A stretch of DNA of 64,000 bases from Spirochaetota bacterium. GTDB taxonomy: Bacteria; Spirochaetota; UBA4802; UBA5550. Each line of letters begins with the position of its first letter. Position 1 is the stretch's first letter. This document shows, piece by piece, positions 61,153 to 64,000 of the stretch. The stretch is from the NCBI GenBank assembly GCA_036848375.1, contig DAIUKG010000001.1, positions 128,110 through 192,109 of the forward strand, given 5' to 3'. Under the pieces are notes generated by a model. That model ran no database searches, was not told where the DNA came from, and saw only the letters and a list, made by a program, of their open reading frames with translations. Both the position numbers and the translations under genes were made by a program.

Positions 61153-62145
61153 TCACTTTTTAATATTTCCGGAAATCTTTGTGATCTGCTCTTCCGCTTC
61201 CTGACACATGCGCGCGAGAAGTTCCTTACAGGAAACCACATCGTGCACCAGCCCCACGCTCTGGCCGACCATCATGGGCGCGATGTCAACATCCCCCTCT
61301 GCCCAGGCCCTCTTGCATCGTTCTCCAGACATAAGGGGGATGATTTTGTCAAGACCGCCGCCGCTCATCTCAACCGCGATAATGTCCTTGACGACCTTGT
61401 TCTTGAGCGCCCGCGCCTGGAGGTTTATCGTTTTGCAGATCAGCGTCGTGTCATTTTCCTGCCTGTTAACAAGCTCCTGCCGGATGTTGTCGTGAACCGG
61501 GCATTCCTTTGTCGCTATGAACCGGGTTGCCATCATGACCCCTTCGGCGCCGAGCGTAAGGGCTGCGGCCATGGTTTTTCCGTTCGCGATCCCGCCCACG
61601 GTCACGACCGGGATATTGAGCGCTTCGGCCATGCGTGAAGTGAGCACCATGGTCGTCACATCATCATTAAGGGGATGGCCCCCCTCCTCTATACCTGCCG
61701 CATACACGCCGTCATAACCCACGCTCTGGGCATGCAGCCCATGCCGCACCGAGCCGAGCTTGTGGAAAAGCCTGACCCCGGCCTTTTTCAGCATTTCAAT
61801 GTATTCCATGCCGCAGGCTTTATCAATGGGCGTGCCTGATATTTCAAGTCCGGCGACCTTTTCCTCGGCGCAGACCCTGAGATACATTTTATGGGCCTCA
61901 GGCCCAATATGTACCGACGGCAGAATGGTCACATTGACCATAAACGGCTTGTCAGTGAGCTTTCTCGTCTCCTTTATGGCATTGCGGAAATCTTCTTCAG
62001 TGGGATAATTCGCCGCGGTAAGGTTTCCCAGGCCTCCCGCGTTCGAAATTGCCGCGCACAGCTGCGGAACGCAGAGCCAGTACATGGCGCCGCATATTAT
62101 AGGGTATTCAACCCCGAACATTTCAGTAATTTTGGTTTTGATCAT
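61153..62145 (-). CDS. FabK-like enoyl-[ACP] reductase II / nitronate monooxygenase family protein (paralog)
   Basis: 330 aa; ITEMFGVEYPIICGAMYWLCVPQLCAAISNAGGLG; paralogous to the downstream gene. Confidence 0.75.
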   Translation of the reverse strand: MIKTKITEMFGVEYPIICGAMYWLCVPQLCAAISNAGGLGNLTAANYPTEEDFRNAIKETRKLTDKPFMVNVTILPSVHIGPEAHKMYLRVCAEEKVAGLEISGTPIDKACGMEYIEMLKKAGVRLFHKLGSVRHGLHAQSVGYDGVYAAGIEEGGHPLNDDVTTMVLTSRMAEALNIPVVTVGGIANGKTMAAALTLGAEGVMMATRFIATKECPVHDNIRQELVNRQENDTTLICKTINLQARALKNKVVKDIIAVEMSGGGLDKIIPLMSGERCKRAWAEGDVDIAPMMVGQSVGLVHDVVSCKELLARMCQEAEEQITKISGNIKK

Positions 62146-62191
62146 CGCTGCCTCCTTACAACCAGTTATTATACCTGTTGATATTTATTTC

Positions 62192-62220
62192 TTGACCTTT
62201 TAACATAACATTGTTATGTT
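62192..62220 (+). promoter_or_regulatory. divergent promoter with embedded 9-1-9 palindromic operator (AACATAACA-T-TGTTATGTT), likely TetR binding site
   Basis: TTGACC-17-TATGTT on the plus strand with the perfect palindrome 62202..62220 lying between -35 and -10; TTGACA on the opposite strand as well. Confidence 0.45.
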
Positions 62221-62254
62221 TGTCAAGAGATTAATTAAAATTTGAGGTAAATCA

Positions 62255-64000
62255 ATGTTTCAGAACCTTTTCAGTCCCATAACCATCAACAGCGTTGAAA
62301 TTAAGAACAGAATTGCATATCCGTCTCTGGGCCTTCTCTACTCCTATGACGGAAAGTTTAATGACCGATATTATAATTTTTACCGGGAACGCGCAAAGGG
62401 CGGCTGCGGCCTGGTCACGGTCGGCCCGGTCGGATTCAACTCCGTGGGAAGCGGCCTGGTCACGCTCCAGCTCAATGATGACAGCGCCATTCCGGGATTT
62501 AAAAAGGCGGCTTCAATTATCAAAGACGAAGGAGCGGCGGCCTGGGTTCAGATATTCCACGCGGGCGCCTATTCATACTCGAAACTGATCACCGGCGAGA
62601 CCCCGGTAGCCCCTTCTCCCATATACTCAAAGTACAGCAAGCAGATACCCAGAGAAATGACCATTGAGGAAATAAAAGAGACCCGGGAGCAATTCGTTAA
62701 CGCGGCGCTCAGGGCAAAAGAAGCCGGGTTTGACGGTGTTGAAATAATCGGCTCGGCAGGATACCTGATCACCCAGTTTCTCTCACCCCTGAAGAACCAC
62801 CGCACTGATGAGTACGGAGGCTCGTTTGAAAACAGGACACGCTTTGCCAGGGAAGTTATAGAAATGATGCGGAAGGCGCTGGGGCCCGGTTACCCCATTA
62901 CCATCAGAATGGCGGGAAACGACTTTGTTCCGGAAAGCAACACGGACATTGAAACAGCAAAGATCGCCCGCGTTTATGAAGAGGCCGGCATTGACGCGAT
63001 CAACGTCACCGGAGGCTGGCACGAATCAAGGGTCCCGCAGCTTTACATGGAAGTGCCCCGGGGCGGCTTCGCCTTCCTCGCTGCGAACATCAAGAAGGAA
63101 GTCTCGGTGCCGGTCATGGCCTCGAACAGGATACCGGACCCCTTTACCGCGGAACAGATATTAAAGGACGGCATGGCTGACATGATCAATCTCGGCCGCG
63201 TGCTCATCGCTGACCCCTTCTGGCCGGAAAAGGCCCAGCAGGGCAGAGTGGATGAAATCCGTCCCTGCGTTTCATGCGGCCAGGGATGCGCCGATGAACT
63301 CTTCAGCGGCAGGGCGGTCTACTGCCTGGCCAATCCGCGCGCGAGCTTTGAAGGTGAACGAAACATCATCAAGACGAAGTCACCGAAAAAGATCATGGTC
63401 ATCGGCGCCGGCCCCGCGGGACTGGAAGCGGCAGTGACCGCGGCAATGGCTGGCCACGAGGTGACCGTTTACGAAAAATCGGACGATATCGGCGGGCAGC
63501 TGTGGCTCGCGGGAACCCCGCCCCACAAACAGGAGCTCTGGGAACTGGTGCGCTACTATGAGGCCATGCTGGATAAGTATAACATTGACGTGGTACTGGA
63601 AAAAGAAGTTGACCTGAACTTCATACGGGAGCAGAATCCCGACCATGTGATCGTTGCCGAAGGAAGCCGGCCCATGGTCCCGCCCATCAAGGGGATTGAT
63701 GACCCGTCAGTTATCTCTGCGTGGGAACTTCTGGAAAAAGACCCGAAAATCGGGTCAAAAGTCGCCGTCATCGGCGGAGGGGCTGTCGGGCTTGAAACAG
63801 CTGAATTCATTGCCGCAAAAGGGACCGTGTCAGGGGAGATCGCGAGCTTTCTCTTTAAATACAATGCAGAAAGCCCTGAACGGCTCAAAGAGCTGATGAA
63901 AAAAGGGACCAAGGAAGTGTCCGTTTTTGAAATGATGCCCAAGGCCGGCGCAGGAGTGGGGAGATCGACGAAATGGATACTTATGAGCAATGTAGACAGG
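62255..64000 (+). CDS. 2,4-dienoyl-CoA reductase-like flavoprotein (OYE-family TIM barrel + FAD/NAD(P)-binding domain), 3' end outside the window
   Basis: hand translation stays open from ATG 62255 to 64000 (582 aa so far); OYE motifs (HAGAYS, GFDGVEIIGSAGYLITQFLSP), 4Fe-4S Cys cluster (CVSCGQGC...C), Rossmann MVIGAGPAGLEAA. Confidence 0.8.
   Translation, partial: MFQNLFSPITINSVEIKNRIAYPSLGLLYSYDGKFNDRYYNFYRERAKGGCGLVTVGPVGFNSVGSGLVTLQLNDDSAIPGFKKAASIIKDEGAAAWVQIFHAGAYSYSKLITGETPVAPSPIYSKYSKQIPREMTIEEIKETREQFVNAALRAKEAGFDGVEIIGSAGYLITQFLSPLKNHRTDEYGGSFENRTRFAREVIEMMRKALGPGYPITIRMAGNDFVPESNTDIETAKIARVYEEAGIDAINVTGGWHESRVPQLYMEVPRGGFAFLAANIKKEVSVPVMASNRIPDPFTAEQILKDGMADMINLGRVLIADPFWPEKAQQGRVDEIRPCVSCGQGCADELFSGRAVYCLANPRASFEGERNIIKTKSPKKIMVIGAGPAGLEAAVTAAMAGHEVTVYEKSDDIGGQLWLAGTPPHKQELWELVRYYEAMLDKYNIDVVLEKEVDLNFIREQNPDHVIVAEGSRPMVPPIKGIDDPSVISAWELLEKDPKIGSKVAVIGGGAVGLETAEFIAAKGTVSGEIASFLFKYNAESPERLKELMKKGTKEVSVFEMMPKAGAGVGRSTKWILMSNVDR

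Overview
This 64 kb bacterial chromosomal window is dominated by the translation/transcription gene super-cluster, almost all of it on the minus strand. Coordinates 3.1-33.4 kb hold rplQ-rpoA-rpsD-rpsK-rpsM-rpmJ-infA-secY and the spc/S10 ribosomal operons, followed by tuf, fusA-rpsG-rpsL, rpoC-rpoB, rplL-rplJ-rplA-rplK, nusG-secE-rpmG and tRNA-Thr. Two minus-strand genes missing from the ORF track were recovered by hand translation (rpmJ, rpmG), plus a 55-aa plus-strand lipoprotein gene, and two tRNAs were read from the sequence (Thr-GGU, Arg-CCU). Flanking accessory genes: truA, a DUF2225-like protein, rlpA, a DegT-like/QueD pair, a GAF histidine kinase with a stand-alone receiver, rdgB-nth, prfA-prmC plus a polytopic membrane protein, an amidohydrolase/cNMP-binding operon, an AI-2E transporter, an OMP, a thiolase, clpB, an nrdD/nrdG locus, and a TetR/FabK-like/dienoyl-CoA reductase cluster. 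No CRISPR array, IS element or prophage signature was seen. Most worth following up: (i) an operon encoding a deaminase-type amidohydrolase plus two cyclic-nucleotide-binding proteins behind a long GC-rich structured leader; (ii) a class III RNR whose glycyl-radical (RVxGY) domain appears split off into two tandem mini-genes between nrdD and nrdG; (iii) a DegT-like protein lacking the catalytic lysine, paired with QueD. Regulatory hairpins are listed throughout. All functional calls rest on recognisable motifs read from the translations; no database search was possible.
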